From positions 22,379-86,378 of the IMG/VR virus record IMGVR_UViG_3300044701_003572: a stretch of 64,000 nucleotides of DNA. One strand, written 5' to 3'. Made by a program: the position numbers and the translations under genes. The DNA comes from a virus. Below are positions 9,150-19,900 of this stretch, one piece after another. A model generated the notes under the pieces. That model had not been told where the DNA came from and made no database searches. It worked only from the letters and a program-made list of their open reading frames with translations. The first letter of the stretch is position 1; every line of letters starts with the position of its first letter.

Positions 9150-11908
9150 GGTAATTTTTCTCCGCGTTGTGGGAACGCAAGGTATTTATTCTCTATCTCA
9201 CCCTCTAAAACGTCAATTAGATAACGATCAGCTGTGAAATCTATTTTTTTGAAATCAAAGCCATTGGCTTTAATTCTGCTAATAATATAGTCCGCTCTAC
9301 CCGATTTAGCATAGCAAAGTACTAGAGCTTTTGTATAACCTAGCTCTACCGGTGAAGTAATTTGAGTAGAACGCATCCAAAGAGGTAAAAAATCTCTATC
9401 TCGATCTCCAACTGATCTAATTCGCTTCCTCATATTTTTTATTGAATTTGGAAATAACCGCTGATGATCACTGTCGCTGACAAACGGTATGTCGCTGTCT
9501 ACTTTAATAGCATCATAGCTAATAAGCACTTTGCTGTTTATGTTATCGGGTAAGTTAATAGTGTCGCTGATACTAATTCCGCCTTCTTCAAATTCATCTA
9601 CAATTTCTACATATATTGCTTCGTAGACAACTTCTTGAGTAGTAGGATCTTTAGCCAGGGCCTTTTTTATTTCACCGAACCTAATCTGTTTTCTATAATG
9701 ATTTCTGCTCATTGCCTGCACAAACTTTACCGCATCTACACTTTCTATCCCTGCAAACACCAATACTTTTATTTCCGATTGAACTCCGAAATTAGAATCA
9801 CCGTACCTATAGATATCTTCTATTTTGAAAATATTGGCATCCGTGATAAAGTTAAACCAATTCAATCTATTTAACTTGGACTGCAAAGCGACCATGTATA
9901 GGTTGGCAAATGTTTTTTGATTATCGGCTACAACAGTAATAGAAAATTCTTTGATAGATTCGGCGTAATTGGCTGTATCCCTGGCTTTAACTCTGAAAGT
10001 AAATTTCTTATCAAAAGTCGTAGTCTCATCATCGAATGTAGTGGTGTAAGCACGTGATCCTGTAGAACTATCTTCGTTGACATTTATACTATCAGTACGT
10101 TCGTAGAATCGAGTAAGACCAGTAATGCCGTTGTTTATATCACCGAATTGTCTAACCTTACCAACTATTAACCCAGTACCTAGTAAGTTTAATCCTGGAG
10201 GTAAATTGCCGCTGACTAATTCATAGATCGCTAAATTTCCGTATAATAAACTATTTGCTATTAATTGTTTTCTGCTAGGCTGATTAGGTTTAATAGTTCC
10301 TAAATCGCCGTCAGTAACCCATTCGATAGCACTTTCTATTTCTCCTATGATATCTATAGTAAATGTTTTTTCTGCTGTAGAAACACCTAATCGCCAGTAG
10401 TCTGTCGAAACGTCCGGAATTTGATTTTGATTATCTGAAATAGCCACATAGATAAAACCTTCGTACCTTACAGATTCACCTTCGAAATACGTAGAAGTCC
10501 CGTCCCAGTCTCCTTGAAGAGTTGATTCTGTAAGGTCAGCAGGGAAATTTACAGCCAACATTGTGAATTTATAAGTCTTGGTAACTGCTGACTGATAAGG
10601 AATCTTACCCGCTAGGTCACCTGATAGACTATCTAATGTTAATCCAGGAGGAAATATACTGTCTGTTTCTTTCTCAGTTACAGTCCAGTAGGACGGACTG
10701 GGAGCCGTGAATTTTCCTAGCTGTGTGTTTATTAATTCGTTTGACCAATAGGAGCCTTCTATCGGAGTTTGATTCAAATGATTTGAAATACAAACCCAGG
10801 TTAATCTGTTATAAATTACAGCATCCCCTACTTTGTAATTAATGACACTCGACCAATTACCTTTTAGGTTATAAGTGAATTTAGGCAATATGTCTGAAAT
10901 TTCGTATTTCCCGTCAGTGATGGTTTCCCCAGTTTCTTTTAAGATGTAAGTACCAGGATTAGTATCAGATTTATAATAAACTATAGTTCCAGTGAATTCA
11001 GCAGGATCGTATACATCTAAGAAAATTGTTAGATAATTATTAGCCCTTCTACGACCAAGATACCCTGGAGTGATCCATTGAGGTACACGGTCTCCTGCTG
11101 AGTCTGCTCTGAATAGATTAGTATCTACTTGAACTATGCTGTTGTCTGCTCTAAGAAATTCTTCAGTTACTACATAAATTTTAAAAAGTCTTCGAATTTC
11201 ATTGCGCCCATCTGTTGCAGAAACTACAAAAGCGTATGGTCGACTGATACGTCTTGGAGCTCTAACTGGTTCATTATAATCAAAAGTTACGGCATCATAA
11301 AAGTAACTATCAAATCCGTTAGACCTAGCTTGGGGAACATCTAACGGTAGCACATCAAATGCGCTGGTATCGTAGGCGCCTGTAGGGTTTTCGCTATATT
11401 CTACAGCGAAGATAGGATCAGTAAATCCGTATATTCTTCCTTCAGCGGTAAGAGTCAATCCGGGAGGTAGTTCCCCACCATTAGGAATTAGATAGTATTC
11501 TAAGCTATCTCCGGCTATTTCGTCAGTGTCTCTGGCTTCTAATTGAAAATCAATATAGCTGTTATCTAAAGCATAGTAAGCTTCGCCTTGTCCAACCTGT
11601 AGAAATCCTTCCTCAGTAATCCATCGGGGTGCGTCTGAGCCATCTATAGATATAGAAAATGTTCTATCTTCAAGATCGGAAGAATCTCTAGCTCTGATTA
11701 CAAATCTACTTTCTGTAAATTTTCTTACTTCTGTGGGAGTTCCAACAATAGCAGATCCGCTAAGTCGTAGACCTCGTGGCAATGATCCTGAAATCACTTC
11801 AAACGATACAGCTCCAACATCTGATGATGCCTGTAATTGTACAGATATTGTCTGTCGTTCTTGAAAAGTTCCTAAACTGCCAGCTGCCGTTGTCCAGGAT
11901 ATGGTCAT
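9146..11908 (-). CDS. baseplate-like protein with putative Ig repeats and two CBM5/12-like modules
   Basis: Repeated (G)xLPxGLxL Ig-like motifs; WSSVINYKVGDAVIYN and WDGTSTYFEGESVRYEG modules. Confidence 0.65.
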   Translation of the reverse strand: MTISWTTAAGSLGTFQERQTISVQLQASSDVGAVSFEVISGSLPRGLRLSGSAIVGTPTEVRKFTESRFVIRARDSSDLEDRTFSISIDGSDAPRWITEEGFLQVGQGEAYYALDNSYIDFQLEARDTDEIAGDSLEYYLIPNGGELPPGLTLTAEGRIYGFTDPIFAVEYSENPTGAYDTSAFDVLPLDVPQARSNGFDSYFYDAVTFDYNEPVRAPRRISRPYAFVVSATDGRNEIRRLFKIYVVTEEFLRADNSIVQVDTNLFRADSAGDRVPQWITPGYLGRRRANNYLTIFLDVYDPAEFTGTIVYYKSDTNPGTYILKETGETITDGKYEISDILPKFTYNLKGNWSSVINYKVGDAVIYNRLTWVCISNHLNQTPIEGSYWSNELINTQLGKFTAPSPSYWTVTEKETDSIFPPGLTLDSLSGDLAGKIPYQSAVTKTYKFTMLAVNFPADLTESTLQGDWDGTSTYFEGESVRYEGFIYVAISDNQNQIPDVSTDYWRLGVSTAEKTFTIDIIGEIESAIEWVTDGDLGTIKPNQPSRKQLIANSLLYGNLAIYELVSGNLPPGLNLLGTGLIVGKVRQFGDINNGITGLTRFYERTDSINVNEDSSTGSRAYTTTFDDETTTFDKKFTFRVKARDTANYAESIKEFSITVVADNQKTFANLYMVALQSKLNRLNWFNFITDANIFKIEDIYRYGDSNFGVQSEIKVLVFAGIESVDAVKFVQAMSRNHYRKQIRFGEIKKALAKDPTTQEVVYEAIYVEIVDEFEEGGISISDTINLPDNINSKVLISYDAIKVDSDIPFVSDSDHQRLFPNSIKNMRKRIRSVGDRDRDFLPLWMRSTQITSPVELGYTKALVLCYAKSGRADYIISRIKANGFDFKKIDFTADRYLIDVLEGEIENKYLAFPQRGEKLP

Positions 11909-11917
11909 TAATACTCC

Positions 11918-12508
11918 TTAGATCAACGGTGCTGCGACCGTTCCGAAATCTACAGATATCCTACTAGGAATTGGAACAGTTCCGAAATCAATATTAGATG
12001 CAGATAAATTAAATTGCACGACACTGTCGTAGTCGTTGGACACTGGTCCAAAATCAACATTTCTTAAAATGTTAGTTACTGGTAAGTCAGTATCTATAGT
12101 GATAACATTGTTTGCAGCGGTAACACTTATATTATTACCACCTTGCATGGTTAAAACTGTGTTTGCCGAGACGCTAGTTCCGCTAGGTACTGCAGATGCT
12201 ATACCGCTTTCAGTTATAACTTTGGTAAATGCATCTGGAGTGTTATTTGAAATTACAACAGTATCTGAAGTTGATGAAAGTAAGATCTTGTTATTTCCAG
12301 CAATTAATTTTTTAAATTCTAGATTAAGACCATTCTTTTGTTTAAAAATGCCTTCACCGTTTACAGTTTCTGGTATGTTTTTTCCTGTAACCGATAGTTC
12401 TGCATCTAATGACGAGAAGTTTGCATTGACCTTTTGAAACGCTGACCGTAGATCATCGCCTAGGCCATCATTTACCACGTTTCCGATATTAATTGTTTGT
12501 ATAGTCAT
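11918..12508 (-). CDS. baseplate/tail protein with gp9/gp10-like N-terminus
   Basis: QTINIGNVVNDGLGDDLRSAFQKVNANF; TAAATA at 12527-12532. Confidence 0.7.
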   Translation of the reverse strand: MTIQTINIGNVVNDGLGDDLRSAFQKVNANFSSLDAELSVTGKNIPETVNGEGIFKQKNGLNLEFKKLIAGNNKILLSSTSDTVVISNNTPDAFTKVITESGIASAVPSGTSVSANTVLTMQGGNNISVTAANNVITIDTDLPVTNILRNVDFGPVSNDYDSVVQFNLSASNIDFGTVPIPSRISVDFGTVAAPLI

Positions 12509-12542
12509 AACACGCTCTCTTTAGTATATTTACCCTATTGTA

Positions 12543-13631
12543 TTATCTTACCCAATACCAAATAACGCCCGGGCTACCGCCATCTTGGATTGTGGCCAAC
12601 CACGGTGCTGGTTCCCATCCGCCACACGAGATCAATGTTCCCCACCAACCGCCACGGAATCCATCTGTGGTCAACCAACCGTGATTGATACCAATGCCTA
12701 CCCAAGGCATACGTGCTTCCATAGCATCGTAATGATAATCCCACGTTTTATCATTGTAACCAAAGCGAGCTAGTTCTGTAATGTTCTTGCGCCAGCCAGG
12801 TGTACCTAAATGTTCATCACCCATGTCAGCACTTTCATGAGTTTGAGTAAATGAGTATGCTTCGTTGGCAGTCCAAGCACCGCCCAGTGATCCGTGTTCG
12901 CGAGCAGTGATCATAAAATCAAATCCTGTCTCTGCACGTTTGATCTTGTTAGCCCAACTTAATATGCTGTAGTTTTGTTCAACTGAACGATTGTTGTATG
13001 CAGCCAGTTGAGTAGGGCAAGTGGTAGCGTTGCGACTAAACACTTGTTCTTCTGTCCAGTTACTAATAGAATTTTGTAAAATCAATGTCCAACCACCACC
13101 AAGTGTAGTCATATCACAATAGACTTGGAACGGATCGCCATTATTGATTGCGTCATTCTGTATCCAGTATACACTATCTTCACTGTCCGGGTAGTCTTGT
13201 TTGATCTGCCACGCACTAGTGCTGTATTCTTCTCTAGTCTTGCCGTTAGGTACGCCTAATGCTTGATTACGTGCTATAAGTTCTGCCTTTTCACGTGCTA
13301 GAATAGTCTGTTCTTCTGTGCGTATTGCGGCAACTAATGCTGTACGATCAGTAATGCTTAATGTTTCGTAATAATCTAAAACAGTTTCGTTGTCTACAAC
13401 TGCGTCAGTGTTGTTGATGGTATCCGCATTTTGCAAAGAGTCGTGTAGCGTATCAAAGTTTTCATTGACAGTATTGATAACTTCGACTAGTGGATTAGCA
13501 GGATGTAAATCTTTTAGTTCTAATTTCTTAAATGTCATAGGATTCTCAAAGTTTTCGTTAACCGTATTAATAACTTCAACTAACGGATTAGCAGGATGTA
13601 AGTCGTAGAGTTCTATTTTCTTAACGGACAC
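12543..13631 (-). CDS. tail-associated protein with a fibrinogen-like domain
   Basis: FQVYCDMTTLGGGWTLILQ fibrinogen-related motif; duplicated N-terminal module; AGGA RBS before GTG. Confidence 0.65.
   Translation of the reverse strand: MSVKKIELYDLHPANPLVEVINTVNENFENPMTFKKLELKDLHPANPLVEVINTVNENFDTLHDSLQNADTINNTDAVVDNETVLDYYETLSITDRTALVAAIRTEEQTILAREKAELIARNQALGVPNGKTREEYSTSAWQIKQDYPDSEDSVYWIQNDAINNGDPFQVYCDMTTLGGGWTLILQNSISNWTEEQVFSRNATTCPTQLAAYNNRSVEQNYSILSWANKIKRAETGFDFMITAREHGSLGGAWTANEAYSFTQTHESADMGDEHLGTPGWRKNITELARFGYNDKTWDYHYDAMEARMPWVGIGINHGWLTTDGFRGGWWGTLISCGGWEPAPWLATIQDGGSPGVIWYWVR
13455..13631 (-). repeat. tandem duplication of a 31-aa (93-nt) module
   Basis: DLHPANPLVEVINTVNENF occurs twice; 8 of 57 nt differ and all are synonymous. 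Confidence 0.85.
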
Positions 13632-13642
13632 AGTATTTCCTT

Positions 13643-14779
13643 TTACCAGCTAGTGCCAGTCCACGCTACACGGACCCAAATGTCAGTGGTGTTATTAACG
13701 TAGTTTTGTTTACAATAGTATATGTACGGGTCAGTGAATACCACCATTCCTTCTAGGTCTCCGGCAGCACCATAACTGTGTTCTGGCACAGTTCCATTGG
13801 GGAATATCATCCTGCCGTCAGGAGAAAATGTAAAAGTAGTACTGCCTAAAAGTGTTTGTGCAATAATCTCGGTAGTACCGTCGGAATTTATTAAAATTCC
13901 TCCTAGCGGCTCGAGTAATGGGCCATCTGCACCGGCGGCTCTCAACTGTATATATTTGTTAGAGGCACCCCAGATATTGGTATTACCAGCGACATCGCTT
14001 TCTACTCGGACTCCGCTAGGAAATGTTAGACTACCGTCATTGTCATCAAAGTGCCAAGGATACGATGGTGTGCCTATCGTAAGTATTCCGCCGGAAGCCG
14101 GCGAAAGACCAAGACCACCGGAAGTTGATATAACACTACCGCCTGGGAGTGTCAGTCCACCGTAACTATCAAATGTCCAAGACTTTAGTGTAGTTAGTGC
14201 ATTAGTATTAACCACAACAGAGTCAGATGATGTAATTGCCACGGCTCCATTAGCAGATGCTATTTCAGCGCCTTGGATAATGATATTTTCACCAGATGCT
14301 ACTGTTGGAAAAGTCACATATGGATTAGCACCACCAGTTAATACTACCTCCTTAGCACCAACTGCTAATTTATCAGTTGAAGAAACTAATGTGCCGTTGA
14401 CTGTTAATTGCCCGCTACCGTTTACACTTAGGGGAGTTTCACCTAGATAGATAGTGTTGTTGCTGACATATAAACTCTTCCAAGGTTTAGCAGCACTACC
14501 TAAGTTACCACCGAGAGCAGTCTGTGGAACAACATCCCCGCCTACATTTAAGTCGCTAGTAACAGTAACAGCCTGGTCAATGGTGATCGCTGAACTGTCT
14601 GTGGTGCTGATAGTGCTGCCGGTAAATTCAAATGCGCCAATATTTAAAGGAGCAACATCTAATCCTAGTGCTGTATAAAGTTCAGTGAAGTTGGCATTTA
14701 CTTTTTGGAACGCAGCACGTAGGCTATCACCTTGTTTATCATTTGATGTTATGCCTACGTTAATTGTTTGCTTAGTCAT
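13643..14779 (-). CDS. tail fibre / baseplate protein with gp9/gp10-like N-terminus
   Basis: KQTINVGITSNDKQGDSLRAAFQKVNANFTELY; repeated WxFxxxGxLTxP. Confidence 0.7.
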   Translation of the reverse strand: MTKQTINVGITSNDKQGDSLRAAFQKVNANFTELYTALGLDVAPLNIGAFEFTGSTISTTDSSAITIDQAVTVTSDLNVGGDVVPQTALGGNLGSAAKPWKSLYVSNNTIYLGETPLSVNGSGQLTVNGTLVSSTDKLAVGAKEVVLTGGANPYVTFPTVASGENIIIQGAEIASANGAVAITSSDSVVVNTNALTTLKSWTFDSYGGLTLPGGSVISTSGGLGLSPASGGILTIGTPSYPWHFDDNDGSLTFPSGVRVESDVAGNTNIWGASNKYIQLRAAGADGPLLEPLGGILINSDGTTEIIAQTLLGSTTFTFSPDGRMIFPNGTVPEHSYGAAGDLEGMVVFTDPYIYYCKQNYVNNTTDIWVRVAWTGTSW

Positions 14780-14790
14780 TTATACGCCCC

Positions 14791-16905
14791 TTATGCCAAC
14801 GCTGCTATTGCTGATTGGAATGCAGCATAACTGCCAGCTGCCGCCACCAATACTTTTAATTCTGCTATACTAATCGCAGCACCAGTTTGATACCTAGAAT
14901 CGGGGAATTGAATTTGACCGTTAGTATCAAACACCCATTCTTTCTGTGTTGGTCCAACTCCAGTAACAACTCCCACAACTCGATTTGATGTTAATGTAAC
15001 TGATTCTGTTCCAGCCCCAGAATATATAGAAATGCCAGTGTCTTTAGCCCAGTTGGAGTAAATGTTTAGCTCTTCGTTAACACCTTCTATTTCTGCAATA
15101 GCTAATCTTTTCTCAAGAATTAAATTATCTTTGAGTGTGATATTACCGTCAACTGTGATTGAAGTTTGGAATATAACTGGACTGTCAAACTGGATGGCAC
15201 TGGAATCACTAGTCGAAACAGTGCTGCCTATAAATTCCAATACACTGCTTGAAAATAGTTCGCTGGTAGCTGTGTCATACATCAATGGTCGACCGTTGCC
15301 GGACGATCGTATTGGATTAACAAAGAATCCTGCAGCCGCAGCTTCTACTGCAACACCGCTGGCATTAAGTACAATTGAACTGGCATTTTGATTAGTAAAG
15401 CCTGCTCGGTATCCAATAGCGATTGAGTAGGCACCTTGATTAGTTTGACCAGCACTCCATCCTATGGCCACTGCTGAAGTACCTTGTGTAATCTGTGCAG
15501 CGGTATAACCTAGTGCAATTGAACCTGCGCCCTGAGTAGTTTGACCAGCAGTATAACCCATAGCAATTGAATTACTTCCTTGCGTATTATAACCTGCTGT
15601 AGGACCAATAGCTATTGATTGCGAGCCTTGTGATATTTCTCCAGCAATGTGTCCTATTGCTACTCCGTAGGTACCCTGCGAAGTTTTACCAGCTTCAAAT
15701 CCAATAGCCACTGCACCTTGGCCTTGCGTAGTTGTGCCAGCCTGATAACCAATTGCTGTTGCCCATTGTCCTTGTGTAGCACTTCCTGCAAGATAGCCAA
15801 CAGCTACAGCTAATGTCCCTTGTGTGGTTTTCCCTGCTTCTTGACCAATAGCTATTGAATACGTACTTTGGGAAGTTTTGCCAGCATCACTACCTAATGC
15901 AATTTGAGATTCTACTGTTCGTAGTGTTGTGGCTGAAACATTGCCGTAAATGTAATTGCTGACAGCATCAACTAAGATTGAACTGTCATCGCCGAACACT
16001 GACCCTTTGAGATCAAAACTTGTAGTAGATGAGATAGTGATCGTATCAGTACCAGGAACAGTAGTGATAAAAATATTTGTACCTGCTGTTAAAGTAAGAG
16101 TATCTTCACGAACCTCAGCAACCACAGAACTTTGTCCAGTGACTGCTATAGTTCTAAAACCAAACGTGTCCGGTAAATCGTTAGTAATCGTTACAGCACC
16201 TGTGCCTCCTACTGGACTGATTGAAATACCTGTACCTGCTGCGATACTGGTTACTCCTAGGTTAGTCAGTGTTACCTGACCCCTACCACCTGTTAGTGTT
16301 CCGCTAATTCCTATCTGTCCTGCAGTACCTACAAGCTGTGTGACACCTAAATTAGTTAATGTAACATTACCTTTGCCAGTACCGCTAACTCCTATTTCAT
16401 TAGCAGTGCCGTTAAGTTGCGTTACACCATTGTTAACAAACGTAACAGTATCTGTTGTGGCGTTGGTTGTGATATTGATATCTGTGCCAGCAAATGTAAC
16501 GGTATCAGTGTAGTTGTCTGCTGATACAGTAGTTTGACCGCTGACCGCGATGTTTTTAAAACTTGCTTCTGCAGGATTTTTTATTAATTCACCGCCTACT
16601 GTTGATCCTGCAGGAAGATTAACAGCAGCGCCATCTGGGCTAAAAACCACTGCTCCACCTATATCGATACCGTCTGTGGTAAGATACAGTGCTTTCCATC
16701 TGTTGTCACTAGATCCTAGAAAAAATGCTCCTGATGTATTTGGACTTAAGTTACCTGCTAGGTTTTCTAAATCTACAGCACCGGAACTACCGCCGGATAT
16801 AGTCAAATATAGTTCAGTGAAATTTGCATTAATTTTATCAAATGCATCGCTGACAGAGCTCCACAGTATAGGAGCCGAACCAGGAGTTATATTTTGTTGT
16901 GCCAT
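14791..16905 (-). CDS. tail fibre with YadA-head-like repeats
   Basis: AFDKINANFTELY anchor; GVTQL/GVTSI repeats; 11 x 16-aa IAIGxxAGxTxQG repeats. Confidence 0.75.
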   Translation of the reverse strand: MAQQNITPGSAPILWSSVSDAFDKINANFTELYLTISGGSSGAVDLENLAGNLSPNTSGAFFLGSSDNRWKALYLTTDGIDIGGAVVFSPDGAAVNLPAGSTVGGELIKNPAEASFKNIAVSGQTTVSADNYTDTVTFAGTDINITTNATTDTVTFVNNGVTQLNGTANEIGVSGTGKGNVTLTNLGVTQLVGTAGQIGISGTLTGGRGQVTLTNLGVTSIAAGTGISISPVGGTGAVTITNDLPDTFGFRTIAVTGQSSVVAEVREDTLTLTAGTNIFITTVPGTDTITISSTTSFDLKGSVFGDDSSILVDAVSNYIYGNVSATTLRTVESQIALGSDAGKTSQSTYSIAIGQEAGKTTQGTLAVAVGYLAGSATQGQWATAIGYQAGTTTQGQGAVAIGFEAGKTSQGTYGVAIGHIAGEISQGSQSIAIGPTAGYNTQGSNSIAMGYTAGQTTQGAGSIALGYTAAQITQGTSAVAIGWSAGQTNQGAYSIAIGYRAGFTNQNASSIVLNASGVAVEAAAAGFFVNPIRSSGNGRPLMYDTATSELFSSSVLEFIGSTVSTSDSSAIQFDSPVIFQTSITVDGNITLKDNLILEKRLAIAEIEGVNEELNIYSNWAKDTGISIYSGAGTESVTLTSNRVVGVVTGVGPTQKEWVFDTNGQIQFPDSRYQTGAAISIAELKVLVAAAGSYAAFQSAIAALA
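15379..15906 (-). repeat. 11 x 48-nt coding repeat (beta-roll, Hep/Hag-like)
   Basis: From QIALGSDAGKTSQSTY to SIAIGYRAGFTNQNAS, period 16 aa. Confidence 0.8.
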
Positions 16906-19900
16906 TATGCTCTCCCTACAGCAAGTTCAATAGTTCCAATATGATCACTGTCATAATCTGCTAGTGCCTTACCTAAAATTGTTCCTGATGATGCAGAGCC
17001 TTTGGCAGAAACAGCCACCCCTGGAATATTGCTAGTTACCATTAAATCTCCTTTGTTGACTTTGCCCACTACTTTGCAAGGAACTCGACCTTGTAACGCA
17101 ATTAAATTTTTGTATCCAGGACAAGCACCGTTCATCACGTACCCTGCATTGTCGCTGATGATACCCGCTACTCTATGATCTCTTTCTTTGGTAGATACTG
17201 TAACTTCTTTGTCACCGCCAAACACCAGTACTGTTCCTACTTCATATTCTCGATCACCTTCGTAATATTCTGCTAAGTCAGCGGAATATGTTGCTTGGAA
17301 TCTCGCACCAGCGTTCAAAGTCCATGTTCCCGAAACTGTAGCAGTTGATCCCGTATTACCTGCAGATAAAGAATAAACACTTACTGTACCTGTAGAAGTA
17401 ACGTTTCCGCAAGTTATAGGAGCATTCGATAAACCGTTTTGAGTATAGAAAATATGAGATTCGTTGTAATATAATGTTTTCTTATCATTTGCAACTGTGC
17501 CATCGCCTACGAATATTGCTCCCACAGATGCTCCTGAGCCGTTATAACCATATAACTGAGTATAACCTCCTGTGCCTGCACCTGTTAAGTCCAATATAGT
17601 CTGAGCTACCGGTGTTACTGCATCGTTGTTCAGCAACAGTCTATTAGCTGTAACATCAGAAAATGCGATGTTCCCTCCGGAACTTCTTACGGCAACTGTG
17701 CTGCCAGTCGCTAGATCCGTGCCAGCGATCATTCCGTAATCCGATGCACCCGCTCCAGTTTTTCTTAAAAATCCTAAACTACTGTATTGACTCTTAAGAA
17801 TAGCCCCACCCTCTTCTACTATAGTTGTGAATGCCACTGCGGCAACGTTATCTGTGCCTGCCGAGTTATTAGCCAATGCAGTCTTCGTGGTAATCTGTTG
17901 CAGTTTTCCTGTAGGTATACCATTGGTTTTCAGTGAAGCCCAACCGTTAGTTACATCAAATTGACTGGAGTCGAATCCTGATATGCCTTTAAGAGCAGTT
18001 ACTGAACCTCCCGATTCAGATCCTGTTTTTGTTCCCGCATAGGTGATTTGAGTTGCTGTGCAGGTTGATACAGTATAGATTCCATTATAACTAGGTGTAC
18101 CTGCAGCAAATCCTGATACTATGATTTTCTGTCCTGCTGTGAATACCGCAGTAGTTGTTGAAGCGAACGATAATGTTACTACAGATCCAGTGCCGGTAGC
18201 CGATACTGATAAAATACTAGCTACAGATGTAGCATAAGCATTGTTTAAAGACAGTTTAGATTGATCGATAGCTGCTGCAGAATTAATCTGAGAGTTAACA
18301 ATTTTATCATTCTGTACATTCAGGGTTACTGAATGAGCAGTACTATCTAGAGATAGAGTGATATCTCCGCCGGAAGATATTTCAGCATTGGTAATAATAG
18401 ATTCGGCACCGGTAAAGATAGCTAAATCACCGCCTCTAATATTGTCTAGATCAAAATCATCTATATTGGAAATAGTAAGACTTCTAAGATTTACAGCATC
18501 TTGAGGATTTTCAGGATCGGCGAGATTAACGATCTTGTAATTAGACATTTTCAGATTGTCTGGCCCTTCCCAATCGAGTATACCACTCAGTGCTAAAAAG
18601 CCTCCTGTATTGTTAGGAATTCTTGATTCAGCGGCAACAGCAGCCCCACTTGCTGCTCTTGTACCTAATCTTCTTTCTATGTAACCAACTATAGCCGACT
18701 CTGTAGGAACAGTATCCTGTTGAGGATCGGCCATGTTGTCGTCTGTAGAAAATTCAGCGATTGTAGCTCCACGCTTAAATCCTAGACCGTCAAGATTACT
18801 CAATGCCAAAGATGCTGCAAACGTAACAGATCCAGTTCCTTGGTCAACTCTGAAATATGGTCCTACCGAGAAGTTACCAAACTGATCAGTGGTTACAAAA
18901 AACACACGACCCGAACCTCTTTCTTGTGTCTGTGCTCTAGTCACAGCGTTACCTTCTTCGTCGATGCTGGTCGCTGCGAGCGGAACACTATCTATGCTAT
19001 TCACTGCCTGGCCGTAAATTTCATTAGGATAGTTGGTGTCGGCATACGAGCCTGTACCAATATCTAACAAATCGTGAGATGTCACACGAGTAAGAGAAAT
19101 CCTAATAGTCAGTGTACCTAAAGCAAAACTAGAATAAACAGGAATTCCAGCTTTTAATGTTATCTGTGAGTCGAATGAAATAGGACTTATATCAAAAGCA
19201 GGAGAAACAGTAATTAATCCGTAGAGAGTTCCTAGAGATGCTTTACTCTGATAATTGGTTATTTGATATGTGGTTCCTTGATAAACAAACTCATATTCTG
19301 TTCCCGCCGCTATGCCGTTGTTAACTCGCTGAGCATCAAGAATCGAAAGATCTCCCACGGCCAAGGTAGTTGAGTTTTGGCCTCCTATGAGGGTACCATA
19401 CACCTGTGTTCCTACTCCTGTAGTAGATACATTTAACTCAGGTTTTTCAATATTAAAGACCACAGTACCATTCGAAGGACTAGTAGAGTCGATAGTAATC
19501 GAAGTTTCGCTGACGATAGTTAAAACAGTTGGGTCAGTGCCTAGGCTTCCTGTTGCTACAACAGTAATAGTACCTCCGCTGGCTGAAGCTACAATAGTGC
19601 TGTTAGCATAGGTTACTGTAGTAGTTGTACAGCTTATTACAGTTTTTGTACCGTTTAAACTAGTACCACCTCCACCAAATCCACTAACGGTAATTGATTG
19701 ATTAGCTAGATATGGAGGTCGAGGCTGTTTGATAAAAGTAAGAGTAGCTAGAGTAGCGGTACTAACGCCACTTACGCTGGTGATATTTGGTCTCGAAACT
19801 AATCTATCACCAGCAGCTATATTTTCAGTACAGGCTAATCCTGTTATAGTCGTTCCTGATAATGTACCGCCTACTCCTATCAATGTGCTGTCAATAGGAG

